Origin: Candidatus Hadarchaeota archaeon | GTDB lineage: Archaea; Hadarchaeota; Hadarchaeia; Hadarchaeales; Hadarchaeaceae | Length of the DNA stretch: 32,000 nucleotides | Assembly: GCA_964514965.1 (NCBI GenBank) | Contig: CAZETV010000001.1 | Location: 693,063-725,062, forward strand | Direction of reading: 5' to 3' | Part shown: one piece after another, positions 8,121-17,927 of the stretch | Numbering within the stretch: position 1 is the stretch's first letter | Layout: each line of letters opens with the position of its first letter | Translations under genes and position numbers: made by a program | The notes under the pieces: model-generated | What the model was told of the DNA's origin: nothing | Seen by the model: the letters and a program-made list of their open reading frames with translations, nothing else | The model's database searches: none

Positions 8121-8388
8121 TGGACAACTTCGATTACTCAAATGCGTGGCAGATGAAACGAGATTCCAGATTCTCCTAACATTGAAAAAGGGCGAGCGTT
8201 GCGTGTGCGAGATTATGGACGAACTCAACAAGGAGCAATCGTTAATATCACACCATCTGCAAGCCCTACGTAAGTGCGGACTAATCGATAGACGGCGCGA
8301 GGGAAAAAAGATAATGTACCGACTTTCGGACCCTTCGATTTTGAGATTCTTGGAAGATATCAAGGAACTATCCAAGAGACTCTACTGA
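8098..8388 (+). CDS. arsR: ArsR-family winged-helix repressor
   Basis: [59 protein letters not shown]; CVC metal-binding motif; overlaps the 3' end of the acr3-like gene. Confidence 0.85.
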   Translation: MERVKLTDGQLRLLKCVADETRFQILLTLKKGERCVCEIMDELNKEQSLISHHLQALRKCGLIDRRREGKKIMYRLSDPSILRFLEDIKELSKRLY

Positions 8389-8399
8389 GCACTTCAGCA

Positions 8400-8684
8400 C
8401 TAGTCGCTTGCACCGGGCGGAAAAATCGCGACCTCGTCCTTATGCTTGAGCTTCGTGTGAATCCCGCGGATATGTTGAATCTTTCGGCCGTTAAGCAAGA
8501 TGTTGAAATTCTCCTGAAGCTCCCCCGTTGTCGGGTCAAGGAGCATTTCTACCACCCGAGGATGACGCCGGCTGAGCTTCATGAACAAGGCATCAACAGT
8601 CTCGTCCTCGCCAATCGAAACTTTTATCGTACTAGTGCCAGCCTTCTCGCGCAGTTCACCGTGCAACTTTACTACCACTTCCAT
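8400..8684 (-). CDS. MoaD/ThiS-like ubiquitin-fold protein lacking the C-terminal GG
   Basis: VVKLHGELREKAGTSTIKVSIGEDETVDALFMKLSRRHP...NILLNGRKIQHIRGIHTKLKHKDEVAIFPPGASD, MoaD-like throughout but ending in GASD. Confidence 0.7.
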   Translation of the reverse strand: MEVVVKLHGELREKAGTSTIKVSIGEDETVDALFMKLSRRHPRVVEMLLDPTTGELQENFNILLNGRKIQHIRGIHTKLKHKDEVAIFPPGASD

Positions 8685-8830
8685 CTATACAATCCCCGCT
8701 ATTTCCACACCCGAAGGCTCAACTGTAGCGATGGAGGGCGAACACTAAAAGGTTTTCGGAGGCAAAGCACGATTTATTTACGTTGCCCTCCCGCATTCGA
8801 CCCAAAACACCTCAAACCTTTTATGCCAAC

Positions 8831-8838
8831 TTTATAAA
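8831..8838 (+). promoter_or_regulatory. TATA-box-like element upstream of argG
   Basis: TTTATAAA, 17 nt before ATG 8856, with GGTGAGG at 8847-8853. Confidence 0.35.
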
Positions 8839-8855
8839 CAACAAGTGGTGAGGAA

Positions 8856-10037
8856 ATGAAAGCCGTGCTCGCTTACAGCGGAGGGCTGGATACTAGCATC
8901 GCGATTCGTTTACTCCAAGACAAGTACAAGGCCGATGTCATCACAGTTTCAGTTGATGTCGGACAGGATCCCAAGGAGCTAAAGGAAATAGCAGCAAAGG
9001 CGAAACAGCTAGGTGTTATTAAACACATTCACGTCGATGCGCGCAAAGAATTCGTCGAAGATTATATCTTCCGCAGCATCAAAGCGAACGGGCTCTACGA
9101 GGGGTATCCTCTCTCTACAGCTCTCGCCCGTTATCCAATCGCGAGCAAACTCGTTGAGGTCGCACGCAAAGAAAAGGCCGACGCCGTGGCACACGGTTGC
9201 ACAGGTAAGGGAAACGACCAGTTTCGCTTCGATACAACCATTGCAATCAAAGCCCCCGAACTCAAAATCATTGCGCCAATTCGAGAACTTAATCTCGATC
9301 GGAAGTGGGAACTCAAGTATGCGAAAAAACAGAACATCGCCCTCCCTAAAGTAGGTAAGTCCTATAGCATTGACGAAAATCTATTGGGACGATCCATTGA
9401 GGGAGGTGTGCTCGAAGACCCCTCACATGCTCCACCTGAAGAGATTTACGTGCGTACTCGCCCACCCGAAAAAGCTCCCCCCAAACCACGCATCATTGAA
9501 ATCGAGTTCAAGAAAGGTGTGCCGATTGCTATCGATAAAAAACGCATGGACGGTATCCAACTCATCACCAAACTAAACAAGATAGCTGGCGAGTACGGCG
9601 TCGGTAGAATCGAACTCATCGAAGATAGAATCCTCGGGCTGAAGGCGCGGGAGAACTATGAAGCACCGGCAGCTACTGTCCTGATACAAGCTCATCGAGC
9701 GCTTGAACAACTCGTGCTGACGAAACAGGAACTGGCATTTAAGCAAATAATCGACCAAACTTGGGCGGACTTGGCGTACAGTGGGCTATGGTTCGACTCT
9801 CTACGCGAGGACTTAGATGCTTTCATCGATAGCACGCAAAAGAGAGTTACTGGCAAGATAAAGGTTGAACTCAACCGCGGCAACTCGCGCGTGGTGGGCC
9901 GCAGCTCACCGTACTCCCTCTACAACAAGGGACTTGTTTCATTTGAGCGCTACGGCTTCGACCAGCGCGATGCTATCGGAGTTATAAAATTCCACGCACT
10001 TCAGAGCAAGATCCTACACAAGAAGAAGGGTGATTAG
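8856..10037 (+). CDS. argG: Argininosuccinate synthase
   Basis: AVLAYSGGLDTSIAIRLL; HGCTGKGNDQFRF; YSIDENLLGRSIEGGVLEDP. Confidence 0.97.
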   Translation: MKAVLAYSGGLDTSIAIRLLQDKYKADVITVSVDVGQDPKELKEIAAKAKQLGVIKHIHVDARKEFVEDYIFRSIKANGLYEGYPLSTALARYPIASKLVEVARKEKADAVAHGCTGKGNDQFRFDTTIAIKAPELKIIAPIRELNLDRKWELKYAKKQNIALPKVGKSYSIDENLLGRSIEGGVLEDPSHAPPEEIYVRTRPPEKAPPKPRIIEIEFKKGVPIAIDKKRMDGIQLITKLNKIAGEYGVGRIELIEDRILGLKARENYEAPAATVLIQAHRALEQLVLTKQELAFKQIIDQTWADLAYSGLWFDSLREDLDAFIDSTQKRVTGKIKVELNRGNSRVVGRSSPYSLYNKGLVSFERYGFDQRDAIGVIKFHALQSKILHKKKGD

Positions 10038-11516
10038 GTGCTTCGCCGGGGACGCTTTGAGCAAGAAATGGACCCTCTGGCTAGCGAGTATATCTCCTCG
10101 ATGGAAGCTGATGCTAGGATTTTCTACTCGGTCGTGCAAATCAACATGGCCCACACAATTATGCTCGCTGAGCGCAAGATTATCGACAGCGCAGACGCGG
10201 CTGCCATCCTCCAAGCGCTCTACAAGCTTCACGAGCAAGGCGTTAGTGGGTTGGACCTTCGCCCAGAGCTCGAGGACATTCATATGGCAGTTGAGGATTT
10301 TGTGACAAAAGCGACGAGCGAAGAAGTTGGAGGCAAGCTCAACACTGCGAAGAGCCGCAACGACCAAGTCGCCACGGCAATCCGTTTGACTCTGCGCAAG
10401 AACCTACTAGATGTTGAGGATAGTCTATTAGAACTAGTAAGTACCTTGGTCGCACTCGCCGAAAAAAATATCGATACGATAATGCCCGGCTACACTCACC
10501 TCCAAGTGGCTCAACCCACCACCTTCGCGCACCACCTCACCGCCTACTCTTTCGCCTTTCTACGTGATATCGATCGCATCGAACAGGCCTATGAGGTCAC
10601 GAACTCATGTCCAATGGGAGCCTGTGCGTTCGCGGGAACGAGCTTCCCCATCGATCGTTTGCGGGTGGCGCACATATTGGGTTTTAAGCGTACCGACGAG
10701 AACACCATGGATGCCGTCAGCTCACGCGATTTCGCCTTGCAGGTTATGAGCGCCCTAGCAATCGCAATGGTTAATCTCAGCAGGCTGGCCGAGGAGCTCG
10801 TGCTCTGGAGTTCGGAGGAATTCAACTTCATCGAATTGCCCGAGGAATTCGCGGCGACAAGCAGCGCCATGCCACAGAAGAAGAACCCAATCGTGGCCGA
10901 ACTTGCGCGCGCGAAGGCTGGGCGTGTCTTCGGGAACCTCTCAGGGGCCTTTGCGGTGATGAAGGCCATCCCCCAATCTTATAACCTCGACCTTCAGGAC
11001 TTAACGCCCTCACTGTGGAATTCCGTCGACGAGGTGAGGAATGGCGCGAAAGTGATGGCAAAACTAATCAGCGCAGCCGAGCCGAATCGAGAACTCATGC
11101 GCAGGCGGGCAGAAGGAGGATTCGCGACCGCGACCGAACTTGCCGATGCGCTTGTGTGGAAGGGGTTGGCCTTCAGGGACGCTCACACAATCGTTGGAAG
11201 ACTAATTGCCCGCGCAACCCAAGAGGGCCGGGCTTTAGGAGAGCTGAAAATAGAGGACCTACAAGCAGCATCGAAAGAAGTTTTCGACAAAGAGGTTCAA
11301 CTAACGCCCGAGGAGCTGAGAGAAGCTCTCGACCTCAACAAATGCATTGCTGCTCGGAAACTACCTGGTGGCCCCGCGCCAAAAGCTGTTAAAAATCAAC
11401 TCAAGTTAGTAAAGCGAGGAGCAAAACACCGCGCAAAGATTACGCGCACCCGAAGGCGAGCAATCACAAAAGCAGAAGTAAAGTTATTGAAGGAAGCCAA
11501 GAGGCGTTCGCGATGA
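10038..11516 (+). CDS. argH: Argininosuccinate lyase, GTG start, basic C-terminal tail
   Basis: DIHMAVEDFV, NDQVATAIRLTLR, GYTHLQVAQPTTFAHH, SSAMPQKKNPIVAEL. Confidence 0.95.
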   Translation: MLRRGRFEQEMDPLASEYISSMEADARIFYSVVQINMAHTIMLAERKIIDSADAAAILQALYKLHEQGVSGLDLRPELEDIHMAVEDFVTKATSEEVGGKLNTAKSRNDQVATAIRLTLRKNLLDVEDSLLELVSTLVALAEKNIDTIMPGYTHLQVAQPTTFAHHLTAYSFAFLRDIDRIEQAYEVTNSCPMGACAFAGTSFPIDRLRVAHILGFKRTDENTMDAVSSRDFALQVMSALAIAMVNLSRLAEELVLWSSEEFNFIELPEEFAATSSAMPQKKNPIVAELARAKAGRVFGNLSGAFAVMKAIPQSYNLDLQDLTPSLWNSVDEVRNGAKVMAKLISAAEPNRELMRRRAEGGFATATELADALVWKGLAFRDAHTIVGRLIARATQEGRALGELKIEDLQAASKEVFDKEVQLTPEELREALDLNKCIAARKLPGGPAPKAVKNQLKLVKRGAKHRAKITRTRRRAITKAEVKLLKEAKRRSR

Positions 11517-12541
11517 AAATCACGGCTGCGGTAGTTGGAGCATCAGGTTACACGGGAGTAGAACTCTTCAGGCTGCTCGCCGGCCACCCCGAGGTAAGTC
11601 TCATTGGAGCCTACGACATCCAAAACGTCGGGAAACTCGTGGGTGATATCCATCCAAATCTTCGTGGAATAGTTAATCTAAAAATAACTGAACCCGACTA
11701 CATGAAAATCGGAAAGCAGGCCGACGTCGTCTTCGTGGCTACTCCGCACCGTGTCGCGATGAACTTTGTGCCAGAGTTGCTCAAGGGGAAAGCAAAGATA
11801 ATTGACCTTAGCGCGGACTACCGACTCGATGACGTTAAAGTGTATGAGCGATACTACACCAAGCACAAGAGTCCAATGGTCAAAGGAGTTTATGGGATAC
11901 CTGAACTTCACCGCGCAAAAATCAAGCGTGCACGCCTCGTCGCAAATCCGGGATGCTATCCGACAGCTGCAATTCTGAGCTTGGCACCGCTAGTCAAACA
12001 ACACCTGATTGACCTCGACCACATCGTAATCGACGCTAAGACTGGAACCTCCGGTGCGGGGGCTACACCCAGTGAGGTGACTCATCATCCATTAGTATGT
12101 TCAAACATTCGAGCTTACGCCGCGACCACCCACCGCCACGCCCCTGAAATCGACCAAGAGTTGAGCAAGCTGGCTGGAGAAAAGGTCAAAGCCCACTTCA
12201 CACCTCATCTTATCCCAATCGTACGAGGAATCCTCTCGACAGCACATGTCTTCCTGAAAAAGTCGACTGTTAAAAAATCGTTACTTGGCCTCTACCAAAA
12301 GTTCTACGCCAGCGAGCCCTTCGTGCGGATACTTGAGGAACTACCGCAGGTGAACTTCGTGGCTGGATCAAACTACTGCAACATTGGATTCGAACTCGAC
12401 GCGACGAGCAATCGACTCGTCGTGGTTTCGACTATCGATAATCTCGTCAAGGGCGCCTCGGGACAGGCTATTCAAAACATGAATCTGATGTTCGGATTTG
12501 ATGAAACAAAGGGATTAGAGGCCCCAGCGTTACGGCCATGA
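11513..12541 (+). CDS. argC: N-acetyl-gamma-glutamyl-phosphate reductase
   Basis: AAVVGASGYTGVELFRLLAGHPE, NPGCYPTAAILSLAPL. Confidence 0.95.
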   Translation: MKITAAVVGASGYTGVELFRLLAGHPEVSLIGAYDIQNVGKLVGDIHPNLRGIVNLKITEPDYMKIGKQADVVFVATPHRVAMNFVPELLKGKAKIIDLSADYRLDDVKVYERYYTKHKSPMVKGVYGIPELHRAKIKRARLVANPGCYPTAAILSLAPLVKQHLIDLDHIVIDAKTGTSGAGATPSEVTHHPLVCSNIRAYAATTHRHAPEIDQELSKLAGEKVKAHFTPHLIPIVRGILSTAHVFLKKSTVKKSLLGLYQKFYASEPFVRILEELPQVNFVAGSNYCNIGFELDATSNRLVVVSTIDNLVKGASGQAIQNMNLMFGFDETKGLEAPALRP

Positions 12542-12618
12542 CAGCTTTATGGTCGAAACTAGTAAACCCTGCGCGAAAAGATTAAAGTTGTCCTCGTACC
12601 TCTTTTATTGGTGTTCGC

Positions 12619-13851
12619 ATGATCACTGTGCTTGAGGGCGGTGTAACAACGGTTCCTGGATTCCTAGCGGCTGGCGTGCGAGCTGGGATCAAACGCCGCG
12701 GACTTGACATGATGTTACTCGCGAGTGAAGATGGACCGATTACATCCGCGGGGATCTTCACCACAAATTTAGTGAAGGGCGCCCCGGTGCTCGTTACAAT
12801 GAAACACATAAAAAACGGAACGCTCGGAGCGATAGTCGTGAATTCGGGAAGCGCGAACGCGTACACTGGTAAGCGGGGGTTGCGGGACGCGCTTCGGATG
12901 ACTCGCCTCGCGGCGCACCTGCTGAAACTCCGCACAAATGATGTTGCCGTTGCATCGACTGGCATAATAGGATTACACTTGCCCATGCGGAAAATAGAGA
13001 CTGGAATCCGTGCGGCCGTCGAAGAACTATCGAATTCGCGAGAGGCAAGCCTGAGCGCAGCTAAGGCAATCATGACCACTGACACCACACCCAAGGAAAT
13101 TGCCATCCGGGTCGACCTCGAGGATGGAACACCTGTAACTATCGCGGGTATGACAAAAGGTGCCGGTATGATTCGCCCAAATCTACGAACCGCAACAATG
13201 CTCGCATTTATCGTCACAGATGCCGTGGTGAGCTCTGCAGCACTCAAGGCAGCACTTCAAAACTCGACCGATCAGAGTTTCAATATGATTAATATCGACA
13301 ACGAAACAAGCACCAGTGATATGGTGCTCGCGCTCGCGAACGGGCGCGCAAAAAATCGTCCAATCACTCTAAAGCGCCAAGATAAACAGTTTCAGGCAGG
13401 GCTCGATTATGTACTTACTGAACTTGCGTGGATGATCGCCAAAGACGGGGAGGGCGCATCGCATTTAATCGAGGTCCAAATTAAAAACGCCCGCAACCGA
13501 GAGGACGCACGCCGCGCCGCCCTTGCGATTACGGGGTCGAATTTAATCAAAGCTGCTATCTTCGGACGCGATCCCAACTACGGTCGTATAATCGCTGCCC
13601 TTGGTTATTCGGGAGCGTCGTTTGACCCTTCAAAACTGAGTTTAGAGCTAGTCAGCGATCGAGGCCGCGTTAACTTAGTCGTGCACGGAAAACCTAAAGC
13701 AAAGCGAGCGTTCAAGCGGGCGCGTGACATCATGCGCAGCAAAGAAATCGAAATCCACGCTGATCTCGCCGCCGGAAAAGCCTGTGCTACCGCCTGGGGG
13801 TGCGACCTAACTTATGACTATGTACGCATCAACTCGAAATACACGACCTAG
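12619..13851 (+). CDS. argJ: Glutamate N-acetyltransferase (ornithine acetyltransferase)
   Basis: GPITSAGIFTTNLVKGAPV, NSGSANAYTGKRG, ASTGIIG, KGAGMIRPNLRTATMLAFI. Confidence 0.93.
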   Translation: MITVLEGGVTTVPGFLAAGVRAGIKRRGLDMMLLASEDGPITSAGIFTTNLVKGAPVLVTMKHIKNGTLGAIVVNSGSANAYTGKRGLRDALRMTRLAAHLLKLRTNDVAVASTGIIGLHLPMRKIETGIRAAVEELSNSREASLSAAKAIMTTDTTPKEIAIRVDLEDGTPVTIAGMTKGAGMIRPNLRTATMLAFIVTDAVVSSAALKAALQNSTDQSFNMINIDNETSTSDMVLALANGRAKNRPITLKRQDKQFQAGLDYVLTELAWMIAKDGEGASHLIEVQIKNARNREDARRAALAITGSNLIKAAIFGRDPNYGRIIAALGYSGASFDPSKLSLELVSDRGRVNLVVHGKPKAKRAFKRARDIMRSKEIEIHADLAAGKACATAWGCDLTYDYVRINSKYTT

Positions 13852-13897
13852 TTTGGATTATCTTTAAGAACATGTAATTTAATGAAATCAATTTAGG

Positions 13898-14788
13898 ATG
13901 AAAATGCAAGACCGCGCCACAATATTGCTCGAGGCCCTGCCTTACATCCAGCAATTCCACGGCAAGACGATAGTTATCAAGCTCGGCGGAAGCGTGATGG
14001 GAAAAGAAAAACTGCTCGATGCCATGCTCCGCGACATCGTGCTCCTAAGCTACGTTGGCATGAAGATCGTGATCGTACACGGCGGCGGACCTGAGGTAAG
14101 TGAGGAGATGCGCAAACTGGGGAAGAAGCCGAAGTTCGTCGAAGGGCTCCGCGTGACTGATGAGAAAACGATGGAGATTCTGCATGAGCAGCTCGCGGGA
14201 AAAATCAATAAGGAAATCGTGCTGGGGATAAACAAACATGGAGGGCGTGCGGTGGGTATCTCGGGTATGGACGGGAATTTCATTCGTGCTCACAAACTCC
14301 TCTACAAGACCACGACGAGCAAAGGGCGAGAGGTCGAAGTAGATCTTGGGTTGGTTGGTGAAGTCGAGCAGATAAATCCAACCGTCATAAACTATCTCGT
14401 GGGCACAGGATACATTCCGGTGATAGCTCCGATAGGCATAGACGCAGAAGGGCGCAGTCTGAACATCAATGCCGACGTCGTGGCTGCCGAACTCGCAGAC
14501 GCTATGCATGCAAAAAAGCTCATTCTGCTCACTGACGTTATAGGCGTAATGCGCGACCCGAAGGATGAAAAAACACTCATCTCACAGCTAACTGCTGAGG
14601 AAACACAGAAGCTCATCCAAGAAGGAATCATAAAGAAGGGTATGATCCCAAAGATTGAGGCCTGTCTGCGGGCCGTGCAGGGGAGCGTGGAGCGCTCTCA
14701 CATTATCTGCGGCACCGCGCCTCACGTGCTTTTGCTTGAAATTTTGACCGAAAGCGGTATAGGCACAATGATTGAACGAGGCAAGTAA
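13898..14788 (+). CDS. argB: Acetylglutamate kinase
   Basis: TIVIKLGGSVMG, IVHGGGPEV, NINADVVAAELA, KKGMIPKIEA. Confidence 0.95.
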   Translation: MKMQDRATILLEALPYIQQFHGKTIVIKLGGSVMGKEKLLDAMLRDIVLLSYVGMKIVIVHGGGPEVSEEMRKLGKKPKFVEGLRVTDEKTMEILHEQLAGKINKEIVLGINKHGGRAVGISGMDGNFIRAHKLLYKTTTSKGREVEVDLGLVGEVEQINPTVINYLVGTGYIPVIAPIGIDAEGRSLNINADVVAAELADAMHAKKLILLTDVIGVMRDPKDEKTLISQLTAEETQKLIQEGIIKKGMIPKIEACLRAVQGSVERSHIICGTAPHVLLLEILTESGIGTMIERGK

Positions 14789-15976
14789 ATGCAGCGCATC
14801 AAAGAACTCGATGAGCGCTACATTGCAAGTACCTACAGACGCCAACCTTTAGCAATTGTAAAGGGCCGTGGGATGTTCGTCGAGGACATTCAGGGAAAAC
14901 GTTACTTAGATTTCGTGGGGGGGATAGCGGTCTGCTCTTTAGGATACTGCCATCCAGCCCTAGTCAAAGCAATCTCCACTCAAGCAAAGAAGTTAATGCA
15001 CACATCAAATCTTTATTATATCCAACAACAAGCAGAGCTAGCAGCATTGCTCGCACGTGTCGTCCCAAAGGGTATCAACAAGTTTTTCTTTTGCAACTCT
15101 GGCACAGAAGCTATCGAGGGTGCATTCAAGCTCGCGATCAAACACACCAAACGTCAGCGTATTATCACTATGCAGGGCTCCTTTCACGGCAGGACGGCAG
15201 CTAGCGTTGGCGCTACATGGAAATCCAGTTACCGTGAGCCATTTGAGGCCCTCATCCCCAAAATCTTCGATTTCGTGCCTTTCAACGACCTGGCTGCTGT
15301 AGAGCGAGCGATGGGCGAGCAAACGGCTGCTGTAATCGTAGAGGCAATTCAGGGCGAGGGCGGCGTAAACTTGCCATCCAACGATTACCTGCCAGGACTA
15401 CGAAAACTATGCGATGAGCATGGAGTACTCTTAATCTGCGACGAGGTTCAAACTGGAATGGGGCGCACGGGTAAATGGTTCGCGTGCGAGCACTGGAGTG
15501 TGGAACCTGATGAACTCACAATGGCGAAGGCGCTTGGCGGCGGTTTTCCAATCGGGTGCCTCAGCGCTAGAGCTGAAGTGATGGAGTCTTTTTCGCCAGG
15601 TGACCATGCTTCAACTTTTGGCGGGAATCCCTTGGCATGTGCGGCTGCAAAAAGCGTGATAAAAACTATGATGAAGTTAAAGCTCCCCCAACGAGCCACG
15701 AAAATTGGTGAGTACTTCAAAAAGCGCCTGAATGAACTCGCAGACAAACACGAGTGCGTGCAAGAGGTGCGAGGGCTCGGGCTAATGCTTGCGATGGAAC
15801 TCTCCACCAAACAAATTGCCGACACTACACTAGTCAAAGCTAGAGAACGAGGTTTCCTGATAAACTGCACCGCCGATAAAGTTTTGAGGTTCGTCCCGCC
15901 ATTGATAGTTGAGCGAGAACATGTCGATCGCTTGATAGAGGCTTTGGATTCAATATTTGTCGAGGTTGAGAAGTGA
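14789..15976 (+). CDS. argD: Acetylornithine aminotransferase
   Basis: FFCNSGTEAIEGAFKLA, GSFHGRT, CDEVQTGMGRTGK, MAKALGGGFPIG. Confidence 0.92.
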   Translation: MQRIKELDERYIASTYRRQPLAIVKGRGMFVEDIQGKRYLDFVGGIAVCSLGYCHPALVKAISTQAKKLMHTSNLYYIQQQAELAALLARVVPKGINKFFFCNSGTEAIEGAFKLAIKHTKRQRIITMQGSFHGRTAASVGATWKSSYREPFEALIPKIFDFVPFNDLAAVERAMGEQTAAVIVEAIQGEGGVNLPSNDYLPGLRKLCDEHGVLLICDEVQTGMGRTGKWFACEHWSVEPDELTMAKALGGGFPIGCLSARAEVMESFSPGDHASTFGGNPLACAAAKSVIKTMMKLKLPQRATKIGEYFKKRLNELADKHECVQEVRGLGLMLAMELSTKQIADTTLVKARERGFLINCTADKVLRFVPPLIVEREHVDRLIEALDSIFVEVEK

Positions 15977-16908
15977 TGGTTAAACACCTCCTCTCCATAC
16001 AGGACCTAAGCTCGAGCGAAATCAAGGCAATTTTGGATGAAGCCGCGGAACTCAAGGAAAAACTTCAAAAAGGGGAAGCGCACGAACTGCTCAAAGGTAA
16101 AACGCTTGGCATGATATTCGAAAAACCATCCTTGCGCACACGTGTAACATTCGAAACTGGGATGACTCAACTCGGTGGGCACGCGATCTACTTGGCGCCC
16201 ACTGATATCCAGCTGGGAGAGCGGGAATCCGTCCCTGATGTAGCCCACAACCTTTCACGCTGGGTTGACGTGCTGATGGCAAGATTATTTAAACACGATA
16301 TCATTGCCGAACTCGCGCGTTACTCAAGCGTACCTGTAATTAACGGGCTGACCAACTTACACCACCCGTGCCAAACTTTAAGTGACCTGCTCACAATTCG
16401 CGAGCACAAAGGTGAACTCAATAAACTTAAAATAGCGTGGATTGGCGATGGGAACAACGTTTGCAATTCTTTATTGTTGGGATGCACACTAGTCGGTACA
16501 AACATTTCAGTTGCCTGTCCGCATGATTATGAGCCGCCCGCTGATATCGTAAAGCAGGCACGGGCCAACGCGAGGAAAAGCGGCGCAAAGATAGAATTTA
16601 CGCCCGACCCCCAACGAGCCGTTGATGGAGCAGATGTCATCTATACAGACGTGTGGGTTTCGATGGGGCAGGAGAAAGAAGCCCGAGAACGGATGAAGAC
16701 GTTTAAGGGTTACCAAGTTAATGCCCAGTTGTTAAATAAAGCAAAGCCGGATTCCATCGTCATGCACTGCTTGCCAGCTCACCGAGGACAAGAAATCACG
16801 GACGATGTCATCGATGGGCCGCGCTCGGTTGTCTGGGATCAAGCCGAAAATCGAATGCATGTACAAAAAGCCCTACTCGTCGCTTTACTTAAAAAGAAAG
16901 AAAAGTAA
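15976..16908 (+). CDS. argF: Ornithine carbamoyltransferase
   Basis: FEKPSLRTRVTFE, HPCQTLSDLLTI, HCLPAHRGQE. Confidence 0.95.
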   Translation: MVKHLLSIQDLSSSEIKAILDEAAELKEKLQKGEAHELLKGKTLGMIFEKPSLRTRVTFETGMTQLGGHAIYLAPTDIQLGERESVPDVAHNLSRWVDVLMARLFKHDIIAELARYSSVPVINGLTNLHHPCQTLSDLLTIREHKGELNKLKIAWIGDGNNVCNSLLLGCTLVGTNISVACPHDYEPPADIVKQARANARKSGAKIEFTPDPQRAVDGADVIYTDVWVSMGQEKEARERMKTFKGYQVNAQLLNKAKPDSIVMHCLPAHRGQEITDDVIDGPRSVVWDQAENRMHVQKALLVALLKKKEK

Positions 16909-16918
16909 GCTTCTAATC

Positions 16919-16955
16919 AGTTAAAATATATTTAACTATGTAGAAATTCTTTCTA
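16919..16955. terminator. Tandem AT-rich hairpins between convergent genes
   Basis: AGTTAAA-ATATA-TTTAACT (16919-16937) and TAGAAA-TTC-TTTCTA (16941-16955). Confidence 0.35.
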
Positions 16956-16987
16956 GAAAAATAAATTCGAGCTAGCTTGATTGGAAA

Positions 16988-17785
16988 TTAAATAGACTTC
17001 AAAATAGCTGGAAGTTGAATTAACTTATCAATCGAAGCGTCAGGTTTGAGTATTTCCTTGTCTGGGAGAGTGGGAGAAGTGATGGATCGGAAAAGAATCG
17101 CGCGCATGCCTACTTTTTTGGCCCCATAGACATCGTCATGCAAGCGGTCACCTACATGAACAGCATCGCTAGCCTTAACCCTTAGCTGAGAAAGGGCGTG
17201 AAGAAATATCTTTGGGTGAGGTTTACTCGCATCTACCTCATCTGAAAAACTCTCGGCGTCAAAATATTTTAGTATCCCGTACCTAGCCAAAACGATTCTG
17301 AGGACTCTACCTGACGTCCTGACAGCGTTGGATACTATCCCTAATTTTATACCGTCGTCCTTCAATTGGCTGAGACATTCGCGCGCATTTTCCGCACAGA
17401 TGGGCAATTTCTCAAGTGAAACTTCGGCATAGAGTTTAACGAGTTCTTTAACCCACGGCCCTTGAACTTTAAAGTTGAGAAGTCTCAGGAAGAGCTCAAC
17501 TTGGTCTGTGACTGTCATCTCACCCATCGATCCAAAATGCTGCCCCGAAGAACTCGTGCAGCTAGTTGGCGAAAGGACTTCCTCCCCTTTAGATAACGAC
17601 ACCATGGAAATTTTTCGCTCCAAAATATCGTAGGCTTTACTGACCTCGCCCATGTTGTAGTTATATCCAAGTATTCTCAGTACTTTGAACATGCCCCCTT
17701 TTCTAGCCTCTCGCCAGTACTCGCTCAGCTCAGGCGTATATCCCAGCAGAGTGCCCCATACGTCAAAGGTGACTGCGCGAATCAC
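16988..17785 (-). CDS. HAD-superfamily hydrolase
   Basis: TFDVWGTLLG, GIVSNA, HVGDRLHDDVYGAKKVGM. Confidence 0.85.
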   Translation of the reverse strand: MIRAVTFDVWGTLLGYTPELSEYWREARKGGMFKVLRILGYNYNMGEVSKAYDILERKISMVSLSKGEEVLSPTSCTSSSGQHFGSMGEMTVTDQVELFLRLLNFKVQGPWVKELVKLYAEVSLEKLPICAENARECLSQLKDDGIKLGIVSNAVRTSGRVLRIVLARYGILKYFDAESFSDEVDASKPHPKIFLHALSQLRVKASDAVHVGDRLHDDVYGAKKVGMRAILFRSITSPTLPDKEILKPDASIDKLIQLPAILKSI

Positions 17786-17927
17786 GTCATTCCCGCTCCT
17801 GACATCTACCTTGGTTTAAAAGATAACGACACTATGGAAGTATTAATTCTTTTCGCGATCAAGCAACCCCATAAAAGAAACGAATCTAAAGCCAAAAATC
17901 TTATGTCACAGCAAGGATAAAATTAGT

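Noticed and set aside
8055-8375. 106-aa minus-strand ORF over acr3/arsR
   Set aside because: Shadow of two well-supported genes on the other strand.
8442-8837. 131-aa plus-strand ORF antisense to the MoaD-like gene
   Set aside because: Low-complexity unconvincing protein; the antisense ORF has a clear ubiquitin-fold family signature.
12582-13247. 221-aa minus-strand ORF opposite argJ
   Set aside because: Antisense shadow of ArgJ, which has strong motifs.
15448-15987. 179-aa minus-strand ORF opposite argD
   Set aside because: Ser-rich antisense shadow of argD; no recognisable motif.
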